From a virus, in IMG/VR virus record IMGVR_UViG_3300032291_002856, positions 4,079 to 68,078 of that record: a stretch of 64,000 nucleotides of DNA; one strand, 5' to 3'. A model generated the notes under the pieces. It was not told the DNA's origin, ran no database searches, and saw only the letters and a list, made by a program, of their open reading frames with translations. Both the position numbers and the translations under genes were made by a program. This document shows positions 27,824 through 38,600 of this stretch, one piece after another (position 1 is the first letter of the stretch; every line of letters starts with the position of its first letter).

Positions 27824-30369
27824 TAGGGCACTCCCATAGTCTCAGCAGCGTAATAAATGTCACCCTGCAAGTAATAACGCTCACCGTAGTTTAACCCAGG
27901 CAAAGATTGAAATCCAATTACTACGGTTTCTATATCCTCTCCAATTAAGCCTTGGCTGCTGACGTACGTAATTTCTAACGGTCCTGGAAATAATTGATTT
28001 TTCGGATTGTCGCGAAAAATTTTAGTAAAGCCGCCCCAACCAATTGAGATATTCTTTCCGCGCACTACTAAGTAGTCGGCTTGGCGATTACTGGAGAAGT
28101 AAACAACTGCCTGCTCCATGTTGTAAAACAAAGTATCTGCACTTTTTTCTCCAACTGTGAGCATTTCCGTTCGGCGTAGCATGCTTTTCGGTTTAGTCCA
28201 AAAAAGAGGAATGTACTTGTACGTGTGATCCTGCTTGATGTAGTTATAAACTTCGATTAGTTTAGTGTTCACCGCTTTTAAAAAGTTAATTATCTGCAAT
28301 GCAGTAACTTCTTGAAAACTTTCAAATCTTTCTATAGGAGTACGCACAAACCCAGAATCTTTTCGACTTACTTCGGCCAACCTAAAAGTAGAAATATAAC
28401 TTGCTTTGTTGAAAGCCCCAGCTGCTTGTTCATTTTGATACCTCAGACCACTAGGAGTACTGAAGTAAGCTCCTTTTTGTCTCCAGTTTGGAGAAGCTTC
28501 TTTTAGATTTACAGTAAAATCAGTGTAGCCATCGCTTTTCGTATACTTGTAATCTGAGTGAGTTTTTATACCTGTGTATTCTTCGTACATTGCTGGGTAA
28601 AAATAATCTTCGTTAGAAGTTTGAGCTTTCAGAGCGAAATCAAAACTGTCTACGTAGTAGGCGGCAGTAGAGTCCGCCTTCGTATTTCCTTTAGGACCGA
28701 AAAACATTGTCTGCTCTTTGCCTGCAATAGTGCCGCCCAAAGCCGTGTAGTAGGCAACGCCACCGTCTCCTAAAAAACCAGGGCGAATGAAATAAAAACC
28801 CCACCAGCTATCTTGAGATTTAGGCTGCTCTCCCGCCATGTACAAGAATTCTCGTGGGTTTGGATAACCAGTTGGTGTGCTCAATCCCTCAGGAAGAATG
28901 CTAGTTTCTACAGTCGTCGTATCACCTGTTTTATAGTTCTTATATTCGTAAGAACCAATAAAATTAACAATACCCAGTCGAGCTAGCAAACTATTTGTTT
29001 TGCGCTGTTCCGGATCAAAGTTAGGGTCTTCGTAGTTTAGCCATGCTGCAGGAACAACATGAGGATATCCTGCTTTTGGTTGCCTGTTTGAAGTAGGCCA
29101 GCCTGAAAAACTGTAAATAAACACAGGGGCGGTCGAATTACTGTACTCAAATCGAGGTTTGTGTATGGTCGACACAGGTGTTACTGCTCTGCTAAGCTGG
29201 CATTGCATAGAGAAGGCAGTAAAAGTATTAACCGCGACATTGTAAGAGATGTTGACGGTATTCTTTAAGTCAAATCTACGAGGTAAGTAGTAACGAGCTT
29301 CTGCCGAGTTCCAATCGTGTACTAAATAATCTTCCCAAGTGTTCAATCCCCATTTGTTTAACCCATCGTAGACAGTAAAATCATATCTGGAAAAAATCGG
29401 AAAGTAAGAAGTTCCTACCATAACTTGATCCCAGAGAGAAGCACGTAAAGGATTGTCGTACTTATTAAAATAGTCTACCAGAGCCTTCTGATTACTCGCT
29501 ATGTCAGCCACTTTGCTGATGCTAGTAATTGAATCATTTGTTATATTTTTCCAATCAACGTCGATAAGCTCGTGCCCAATGTTCGCGTAAACCATACTGA
29601 AGTAAAAACGTCTACCAATGTTTGTAACTGGCTTGTAGTTACCTGTAGCCAGTTTTATTTTTACAGAAACAACCTCACCTTGAACAAATCCAAAATCCGT
29701 AATGTCGAGCGTGTATTGATGATAATTTTGAACAGTCTTAACTGGATACGGAGTCCAAGTCTCATTTGGATAAGTAACGTCATCCTCTATGTTGTAGGCG
29801 TTTCTCGAGGGATGCGAAACTTGCTTTACCGTACCCGAACGTATTTTTGAATAAACCCACTTACGCACGTACTTAGGGTGTTTTTGAATTATTTGATTTA
29901 GAGGAAGATCAGTGTACCGTAACATTAAAAACAACCCAACTGTGTCATTTGTTACGTCTGCAGTTGTTTTATCTTTAAGGTTTGGTAAGTACTGCTCTCT
30001 TATCTTGTCAAACTCTTGATATCCTCTAAGTTTACCAAAACCTGCTTCAGCCAGCGGAAATGTTTGAAACCCCAGTCGAAGCGTATGCATTCCCTCTCTG
30101 TAAATAAAAGATCCTTCCCAAACGTCGACATCGGATATAAGCTGAGACGGCAGCGAACCAACAAACGTAGCAGGATCCCCCGATTGCTTTCCCTGATTGA
30201 TAAGAGAGAATGCCGGGGATGCTAGTTTCCAGTGAGAAAGAAAAAGCTTGTCAGGTCCTTTAACAATCTGTTCTAAAATCTCTGTATTCTGCGCAAGGTT
30301 ATTGAGATCTTGAGCAGATATTTCCTGACCTAAGTATATTTTAGGTACACTTGCTAATGAAAATATCAT
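27823..30369 (-). CDS. putative tail/baseplate protein
   Basis: 848-aa ORF. The N-terminal GQEISAQDLNNL motif is typical of fibre/baseplate attachment segments. Confidence 0.55.
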   Translation of the reverse strand: MIFSLASVPKIYLGQEISAQDLNNLAQNTEILEQIVKGPDKLFLSHWKLASPAFSLINQGKQSGDPATFVGSLPSQLISDVDVWEGSFIYREGMHTLRLGFQTFPLAEAGFGKLRGYQEFDKIREQYLPNLKDKTTADVTNDTVGLFLMLRYTDLPLNQIIQKHPKYVRKWVYSKIRSGTVKQVSHPSRNAYNIEDDVTYPNETWTPYPVKTVQNYHQYTLDITDFGFVQGEVVSVKIKLATGNYKPVTNIGRRFYFSMVYANIGHELIDVDWKNITNDSITSISKVADIASNQKALVDYFNKYDNPLRASLWDQVMVGTSYFPIFSRYDFTVYDGLNKWGLNTWEDYLVHDWNSAEARYYLPRRFDLKNTVNISYNVAVNTFTAFSMQCQLSRAVTPVSTIHKPRFEYSNSTAPVFIYSFSGWPTSNRQPKAGYPHVVPAAWLNYEDPNFDPEQRKTNSLLARLGIVNFIGSYEYKNYKTGDTTTVETSILPEGLSTPTGYPNPREFLYMAGEQPKSQDSWWGFYFIRPGFLGDGGVAYYTALGGTIAGKEQTMFFGPKGNTKADSTAAYYVDSFDFALKAQTSNEDYFYPAMYEEYTGIKTHSDYKYTKSDGYTDFTVNLKEASPNWRQKGAYFSTPSGLRYQNEQAAGAFNKASYISTFRLAEVSRKDSGFVRTPIERFESFQEVTALQIINFLKAVNTKLIEVYNYIKQDHTYKYIPLFWTKPKSMLRRTEMLTVGEKSADTLFYNMEQAVVYFSSNRQADYLVVRGKNISIGWGGFTKIFRDNPKNQLFPGPLEITYVSSQGLIGEDIETVVIGFQSLPGLNYGERYYLQGDIYYAAETMGVP

Positions 30370-30378
30370 TTTTTCTCC

Positions 30379-32139
30379 TTACCACGAAAGATACCTTGTT
30401 GCATTCTGCGCATATGTCTCACCAACTACAAAGAATTCTTCTCTTGTTTTTATATCTGAGACATCAACACATGTAATGTTCATATACGCACCCGTCTTGT
30501 TTACTTGTACTTCAGTAACTTTGTGCTTTTTGTTAATAATGTCATATGTAAGACTGTTTACTGTAATTATATCGCCTACCCCGACTGTCGGATTGAACAC
30601 GAGGTTACTAATTGTGATAACTGGCCTATGTCTCTTGTGTAGGTATTTTACTACGTCGAGTAGCCTTTGCGCTTGATCCCTACTCTGCACGTATTCGTTG
30701 TCTTGAATACGCGCCTCCCTTAATCCACTTGGTATGATGCCCGTGTTTATTAAATCAGGAAATTCTAAAGGCACGTCTTGCTTCAATGTTTGCGCATCAC
30801 CGGCAATAACTGGAACACCGAATAAGGTAATCTTAGAAAGATACAAAGCTCTGCCAGCGTCTCTATTCTTGATAATCATTTTTATAAACTGCCCGGGTGT
30901 CTTTGTTACATCTCTTTCATAAGTCCAATTGCTAGTCGCAGGATCACCTGTCCAAGTATACTTTCTCTTTGCAAAGTACAGCGGACTCAATTGCGGAATT
31001 TTTAAAGAAACAGTCGCCGTGTCCCCATTATAGTCCACAGCTTTGATAAAGTCCCTACTTTCAATAAATTCGTCAATTCCGAAATAACCACCCGACTGAG
31101 CAAAAGTAATACCGGACCCGTAGTAAGTGTTGTTTGTCAGACGATCTACTGGCTGCTGCAATTCGACTTCGTGTGTATATTCCTCATTGTACGGTAAGTA
31201 CTTACCAATAGGTGTATCCAGTACTGACTTATTTGCTCCGAGATACCTCGGTGAGAAAGTAACAACTACCTTACTAAACCCTACAGCCGCGTCTTCGTCG
31301 TATGTCAAAGTAGAAAACATCGAGTCGTTTACTGTATAAGTAGGATTTGTGGCCGGCACAAAAGAATGCGGATTTATGCATTTAAGAATACCAGTACGCG
31401 TTTGCAAAAGCTGACCACCGGCTGCCGAAACTAATGAAACCAGATCGCTAGATATATTTTCCTGATTTAGCCAAGTAAACTTTGGAACAATAGGAGCATG
31501 ATCGCAATCATACCAAAACCTAGCAACAGGATCGTTGTTAACGTAGTGATCTTTGTACTTATACGGCCTGCCGCCGAGTAGCCAAAATACAGTATTAACT
31601 GTACCAGCAAAAGATCCTTCTAAAGTAGTTGGATCTTGAGCAGCCGCGTACTGGCCCCACAATCCGCTAGTAGCAATACTCCAGGTAGAAGAAGCATCCG
31701 GAATATCTGGGATAAACGTAGAAACTGGCTTGTCTCTCCACAATGGGGTAGAGTACTTGTAATATTTTAAAAGCTCCCCATAACCCTTACAGGAAAACTT
31801 AACTGAGTTCATGCTCTCAGTACGAGATTCTAAGAATCCAGCAAACGCCGTGTAGTAATTTACACCGTCTGTGGAAAAGTAGACTACAATGTTTGCTAAT
31901 CTCCAGTTAAAAGTTCTGCTGGTAAATACGGGCGCAGACTTTTTAACTAGTTCTGCAGCAGCTTCTGGAGGATTAGTGACACCTAAACTTGCCCCTCCTA
32001 AGAAATCAATTGCAGTTGTTTGTCCAGTAGAAACGTCAATTACCGCGGAATCGGGAACGCGGTATTGAGAATTGGTTATCTGGTGAATTGGTACAGTTAT
32101 AGGAGCAATAAATAATTTGTACTTTAAAACGTACGTCAT
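30379..32139 (-). CDS. putative tail tip / hub protein (Tal-like)
   Basis: Second gene after the tape measure gene. FAGFLE...VKFSCKG and C-terminal IQDNEYVQS...VGDIITV fit hub proteins. Confidence 0.6.
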   Translation of the reverse strand: MTYVLKYKLFIAPITVPIHQITNSQYRVPDSAVIDVSTGQTTAIDFLGGASLGVTNPPEAAAELVKKSAPVFTSRTFNWRLANIVVYFSTDGVNYYTAFAGFLESRTESMNSVKFSCKGYGELLKYYKYSTPLWRDKPVSTFIPDIPDASSTWSIATSGLWGQYAAAQDPTTLEGSFAGTVNTVFWLLGGRPYKYKDHYVNNDPVARFWYDCDHAPIVPKFTWLNQENISSDLVSLVSAAGGQLLQTRTGILKCINPHSFVPATNPTYTVNDSMFSTLTYDEDAAVGFSKVVVTFSPRYLGANKSVLDTPIGKYLPYNEEYTHEVELQQPVDRLTNNTYYGSGITFAQSGGYFGIDEFIESRDFIKAVDYNGDTATVSLKIPQLSPLYFAKRKYTWTGDPATSNWTYERDVTKTPGQFIKMIIKNRDAGRALYLSKITLFGVPVIAGDAQTLKQDVPLEFPDLINTGIIPSGLREARIQDNEYVQSRDQAQRLLDVVKYLHKRHRPVITISNLVFNPTVGVGDIITVNSLTYDIINKKHKVTEVQVNKTGAYMNITCVDVSDIKTREEFFVVGETYAQNATRYLSW

Positions 32140-32606
32140 ATCTCGATTAACCTAAAAGAAACGTTGTAAAAAGCCCGATTTGTTAAAGTTACCTGGTTAG
32201 CGGCCAATTCCTCGCTGTACGTATTAGGCTCGGGTATAACATTAAACTTTGTTATTGCGCCGGTCTCTCTGGACTCAAAGCACAACCATAAGACAGTACC
32301 TGTGTATTGAGTTGCGTAATAAAAAGTCTTAAGCTGCTCTACTGTGTTTATCGCTATTGGTGAAGTAGTAGATTTTGGAATTAATTGCCAAGATAAATTC
32401 CAGCTATTTTTAAAATTTCTATGCAAGTAATTAACTGAACCATCGACAGCTTCAATTAATTCTGCAATATTTTTAACAGAGCTGCTTACGCTGCTCGGTC
32501 TTAACTCAGTAATATACAAAGTCGTGTCAACAGTACCACTTATGTATATTTTAGGAGTCATTAAACTTACTTGTATCATTGTCCCTCCGTATGGCAGGTG
32601 CTGCAA
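32136..32606 (-). CDS. putative distal tail protein
   Basis: Immediately follows the tape measure gene. AVDGSV...WNLSWQ...YNVSFRLIEI. The start may be at 32579. Confidence 0.55.
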   Translation of the reverse strand: MQHLPYGGTMIQVSLMTPKIYISGTVDTTLYITELRPSSVSSSVKNIAELIEAVDGSVNYLHRNFKNSWNLSWQLIPKSTTSPIAINTVEQLKTFYYATQYTGTVLWLCFESRETGAITKFNVIPEPNTYSEELAANQVTLTNRAFYNVSFRLIEI

Positions 32607-32659
32607 TTAACTTACAGCACCTGCCATTAATTTTACCATACTTTGCAAAAATTTAAAAC

Positions 32660-35600
32660 TTAAGGTACAACTACTCCAGACGCGGATGTCTCTGGTGTAC
32701 TAGACACTACAATCTTTCCGTCATTAAGCACAATAACTCGTAAACCGTCTTTTCCATCATAAGTTCCTTTATACAAATCAAGTCCTGAAGGCAAGCCTCC
32801 ATTTGGATTATTTGGATCCTTAGGGTTTGAAGTAAAGTTACTTCTTGCTGATGCTGCAACTGCTTCCATAAATTTTGTATACCTGTCGCCTTTTTCGTCA
32901 GGATACAACATTTTTGCAGCTCTCATAGCACCATCCATTGCAATCGTCATAGCAGCTTCAGGTCCTGCAATTTTTTTACCACTTGCATCTTCAACTTCAA
33001 CACCGCTGTTATATGCAATAGTGGCCGCCGCGTTTGAAGTGCTTAATTCCATAATTGCGTTTAATCCGGGCGCTATTGACAAGGGTACTTGAGCTGCTAT
33101 TTCGGTAGCTGCTCGAGCAAAAGAAGTAACCATGTCTGTCCTAGATTGCTCAAATTTTATATAAGCTTCTTCGTACTGAGTCTTCATGCTTATTGCAAGA
33201 TCTTCAATAGATCGTTTTGCACCTGCAGAAGCGCTTTCGACACCAATCAGTAACTGTTTCCATTGCTGGTCGGATCCTTCAAACCAATCGTCTTGTAAAT
33301 CTCTAAGAGCGTTGATGGTGCGAGTAGCTGCATCCATTGCATCTTTGTTGTCTCGCAATGCTTTTTCGTTTTCTGCTATCGATTGTCCTATAGCTTGCTG
33401 TGCTACTGGATCACCGCTAGCTTTTTTCATATCTTCCTGAAGTTTCTGTCCACTCAGAACTAAGCCTGACCGTTGAAGCCTGAGACCTTCAAGATTTTTT
33501 TCTTGTTGTTTAATACCGGAAGCTCTTCTTATTCTTTCTCTAGTTCGATCATCCACCCACTGGTAGCCTTTAAGTGCTCTGTCTGGGTTATCATTTAACT
33601 CTATAAATTCATTCTCGGCTGCTGTTCTTTCCTCTGGAGAAAGGCTCTTGTCTTTTGATCTTGCCAATGCTGCTTCTTTTCGTATGTTCCTTGCTGGAAT
33701 TATTTTTGTTTTCCAAAACTCCTCGTATTCGTCAGAATTTGCAGGACCTTTAGTTTCAAGTTCTTTAAACAGATCTTGCATTTCTGTATCGGCTTTGCCA
33801 GTTTTAGTCTCTAAGTAGCCTTTTATGTTGAACTGAGCAAGATGCTCGACTTGAGCTCTTTCCTCTTTGTCTTTTGCGTTTATAGCCTGTCTTTGGTCTT
33901 CTGGAAGTTCTGCAACATTAATTGCTTCTTGCGTGGTTGCTTCGCTCATCCTCTTGTTAACTTCAGCCTGAGACGCCAAAACCATCATTTGATTTACGTA
34001 TCCTCGGTGAATCCCGATTAAGCTGTTCATCCCACTTCGATTTATGTCTTCAATAGATCTCGCGTTTTGTCTAGCCATGTCTTGCATTTGCCAATTTTGC
34101 TGCATTCCTCTTTGAGCCAACTGCGTCGAAGCCCCCGTAGCCATGTTGTATACTTGCAGCAGTTCGCTCTCTTTGAACTGAGACATAAAATCAGGGTTTC
34201 TCATGAAATCTTCAACAAAACTAAGAGTACCTCTGGGTCCTTGTGTGTAACCGTATGTAGTCGTCTGCCCGTTGGTTGAAGGCCTTGTCTGCATACCTGG
34301 CAAAATTTGGTATTGCATAGCAAGTTGCTTAAAGTCGATTCCAGTCAGCTGCATTAAATTGTCTATTGCAAATCTTGGATTACCTTGACCCATGTTCATC
34401 ATAATTGTTCTTGCGTTATCTCCGGCTGCTGCTATAGCATCGGTGAAGTTTCGGAATGTGGATTTGAATTGAACATCAAATGAGTAAGCAGAGGAAGCCA
34501 GTTGCTCAAAAGCTTGAGCTGAGTTTTTCAACTTATCTATATTTTGCTGCGTTGTTGTTCTTAGCTGCTCTATTGCTGCTTCATTGCCGCTATCCGAAGC
34601 ATCAATCTCAAAACCGGATACAAAAGCCAAAGCTTTGTCTACATCTGAATACTCTGGAATAGTCGTTTCGGCTTCCCCTGCTGTACCTGTGTTGACAGAA
34701 GACGGCATTTTAGGAGGAATGTACATTTCAGCCATTGTTTTTCCTAAGCCGGTAAACGAAAGAAGTGCTGCATTCGATGTTAAACCTACGTACAAAGACT
34801 CACGTAACTTTGTACTTTCATCCATAAGCGCATCAGAATACTTTTTGGATTCCTCAAAATACGTACTTCTGTTTTGATTCTCAGGCAGACTTGCTTGTGC
34901 AATAGCTGCATTTATATAAGCTGTGTCGTTTTCTTTAAGAGCTCTTACCACTTCTTGATGAGTTGTGGGCCTTAATTCAGTTTGAGGAACAGCCTCAACC
35001 TTTACTTTTGGTCTCAGTGTGAGTGGATCGAGCTCTTGAACGCCTGTTTCGGGATTTATTACTGGAACGCTCTTTAGTAAAGTTTCTCCAGTTGGGACTT
35101 CAATTAACTCACCCTTTTTAGCTAGAAAATCAATTGCTTCGATAGTGCGCTTATCCGCAATCACGTTGTAAGTCAATATGGATTCATTGGCAGTCTTTGC
35201 AGTCTCTGGACCGTAAAATACTTCACCTGCCGCAATAGCCTGGTCACCTTTTAGTTTGCCCATTGACTGACGCGCTAATGCTTGAGCAGTACGCTCTGTC
35301 AAACTGACTGTTTTAGAAGGGTCATCTAAACTCGGAACTCTCATAGCAAGAGCTGTTTGTTGCGTTTCTGTAAGAGTTGAAGCATTTGTTGACAATTGAT
35401 CCATGTACATCTGCTGAGCGCCGTAGTACGTCTTACTAAACTCTGTAGTCGCTGCAGCAATTTCTTCTTCTAATTGAGCACCGAATTGGCCAGTAAATTT
35501 AATGATTTCTTTTCTGTCAAACGTACCCGCAATTATATCTTCGATGTCTTGGTTATTTACTAAATTTTCAGGATTCTTTGCGCGAGCTGGAGCGTTCTTT

Positions 35601-38600
35601 AGCATCTCGTTATTGTATTTTTCTGCTGCCTGCTCAACCATTGTTCTGCGAATTTGCGGTGCGTACAGAGTTTCTAAGTCTTCCCGCTTCATCTGCACTT
35701 CTGTCTCTTTTAATATTTCTTGCCTTTGCTCAACGCTTGTATCCGAGTCAAATGCCGCACGGTTTAAGCTCATTCCTTTATATGCACCGTATGCGCCGCC
35801 AATTAAAGCGCCACCTGCTATACCATACGGACCGGCAATAGTCCCTATTGCCGCTCCTGCTCCCGCACCTAGTATAATTGAGGGCAACAACCCAGCAATA
35901 TTGCTTCCGTTCATTCCGTACTTTTTAGTAAAGACGGCATCTATGGCTTGCTGTGTTGGCTGCAACGTAGCACCGTAGCCCATTGAGGCAGCAAATTGAT
36001 TGACGGCTCCAATACCTTGGTCAGCCGCGCTTTGACCAAGAGCTCGATACCGATCCAAAGCTGCTTTTCCTTCAGCAGTTAAGTTGTCATAACCTCCGAA
36101 GTCGTTATACTCGACTTTGCCTTCAGCAAGAAGTTTAGCAGCTAAATCGTACTCTTCTCCAGTTTCCTTGTCACGGACAAGGGCCCTAACTAGAGGTCTT
36201 CCGTATTTCGCGTCTTCTCCGTATCCACCAAAGATTCTAATTTCTTTGTTCGGGTCTGCTTTTATGGCTTCTATTTCTTTCTTTACAGCAAGACCTTCAG
36301 CGGAACCTTTTTCCGGAGCGTCGATTCCTAAAAACCTACCTCTTACCTCAAGTCCATCTTCAAGATTCATGTTAAAGGTATCGCCGTCCAAAACTTCTAA
36401 ATTCTTTACTAGAATTTCTTGGTCGTCTTTATTTATTAACGCTTTATTTGCGTCGTCTAATTGATCTTTTAACATTTCTGGAGTAGTGTTTAACGACCCT
36501 AACTGCACTCTTGAAGTGACAAACTGCTGATAACCTGCGTAGTCAGTCTGCTCTGATATTGTCTGCCTAATTGCGCTTTCTTGAGTTATACCTGTAAGCA
36601 TTTTTGCCCTAACATCGGCTTTAAATGAGTCTTGTTCTTCCGGCGTCATCTGATTTAATCTTTTGTACAAGGTTGCATTAACATTTTGACCGGTGCTTTC
36701 CTCAATTAATTTGTTTTCCTTGACCATCGCTTCATTTGCATTTGCAAGCATTGCGTCAAGATCTTGCATAAAAGTTGCAGAGTTGAGGTCAAGATCCTTT
36801 ATAACTTTTCTACCGTGTGCAGCTTGAGTAAGTACAGAGTCTCCTCGCTTAGCAACTCTTTCTTTTAGAACTGTGTCGGTTGTATCACGCCTTGAAGTTT
36901 CAGCCATAGTCGAGTCTTCACCGACAAAGTAATTAAGAATTGGTTCTAGGGCGCCTACTGCAATTTTACTAAAGCTTAATTGAGCTGCTTCGAGCCTGCC
37001 CAACATTTTGTCATATTTAGTTGCCATAGAAGCCGCTTGATCTTCAATCAAACGGTCAGTCAAGCCCATTCCGCTAAGAAGAGCGTCAAGGCTGTCAAGC
37101 ATTTCTGTAGCGTCGCCTTGTTTAATGTTTGAAAGCGCCGATCTGCTAATTTCAAATCTTCTCGACAAAGAAGACATGTTACCCGAAAGAAATTCTCTAA
37201 TTGCTATTTGCGCGCCTTCGGTGCCCTGAGCAGGGTCGAACGCAGCTAATTTACGGGCGACGTTAAACGTTTTGTTAATGTCGACGCCGTAAGAATTTGC
37301 TAAAGGAATGAATCCGGTAACTTGTCCAATATTCTTAGTCAACGTACCGCCAAACAGCTTTTGCTGAGTAAGCGCGGCCTGCATGGCGTTTCCGTAAGTT
37401 TCGGGACTAAGCGCTAAAGTTCTGGCACTGATCATTGTCTTTTCAGCATTTAATGCGGGTCTCACTGCTTGATCGATTGCGTCCATTATCGCGGTCGGTG
37501 CGTTAAACGCGGCTGTTGCCCAGTAATTAATCTGTTGTGCTTTTTGCGTAAAATGCGAAAATCTACTAGCCAAGGTTGATTGATTTCTTGCAGATTTTTC
37601 CTCATTAAGTGTTTTCTGCATTGCAGTCAACTCTGCAGTAGTGAGGTCTACTCCAGGTCCCCTATCTGCTTCTCTAGTAACGCGATTAAGGATTCTTTGT
37701 CTTCTATTGACATCAGTTATTCCTTTCTTATCTAAAGCAGCGTTAGTAGCGTCTATTCTTCTTTGATATTCAGAATCGCCTCCTGACAACTTCTTTTGTG
37801 TGTATGCTAGGTCTGCAGCAGAAGCAGTTCGTAAGTCTCTTCGTACTTCTTTTCCAAGAAAATTGACACCGTATGCTTGTAGGTTTCCAGCAAGAGAGTT
37901 ATAAAGAAGTCCTCCTTTTCCTCCGGTAATTTCGTTTGCATAGCCTTTCAACAATCCTCTTCTTGTTATGTCTTGTCCGAATGTATAACCAAACAAGGAC
38001 TGTTGAGTAGTGTTTGCTTGTAATCCTTCACGGAGTGCCGAAAGCCGACGATTAGTTTCCTTCTCTACATCTTTTGCGGCTCGGTCTTGTTCTTCGCCTG
38101 CAAAACCTGCAAGAACACCGACTTTTGCAGCTGCTGCTCTGACTTTTGCTGCGCGTTCGATTTCTTCTGAAGTTTTAGTTGTGTCATTTTGAGTAGCTTC
38201 GGCTGCCTTGTCCAATGCTACCAAAGCGTTTTGCAATCGACTTAAATCTGTAGCTAAGTCAGCAATATTTTTTCCCGGCGCGTCAAGGCTACTGAAAATA
38301 GCTTGAATGTCGTCGGCTTCTTGCCCGTATCCTCCCTTGTTTGCAGTTTGCAGCAACTCTTTAAAACTATCGTTGTTGTCAATAATTGATTTAGTCGTTG
38401 TTTGAGCAATACCGGTAAGTTCTCTTTTACTTACTCCGACACCCGCACCACCAAGAGAACCCATATTTTGTTCGTATGCATTTCTTGCTGCTCTTAATTG
38501 CTGCACTGCCAGCAAACGGTCGGCGCCGAAATTACGGGCACCACCTTCACCGAACTCGCCGCCAACTCCAAATGGAAGGCCGCCGCCTCCACCACCACCG

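Noticed and set aside
22963-30369. Diversity-generating retroelement acting on the tail fibre genes
   Set aside because: No reverse transcriptase is in the window, and I noticed no adenine-mismatched TR/VR repeat pair.
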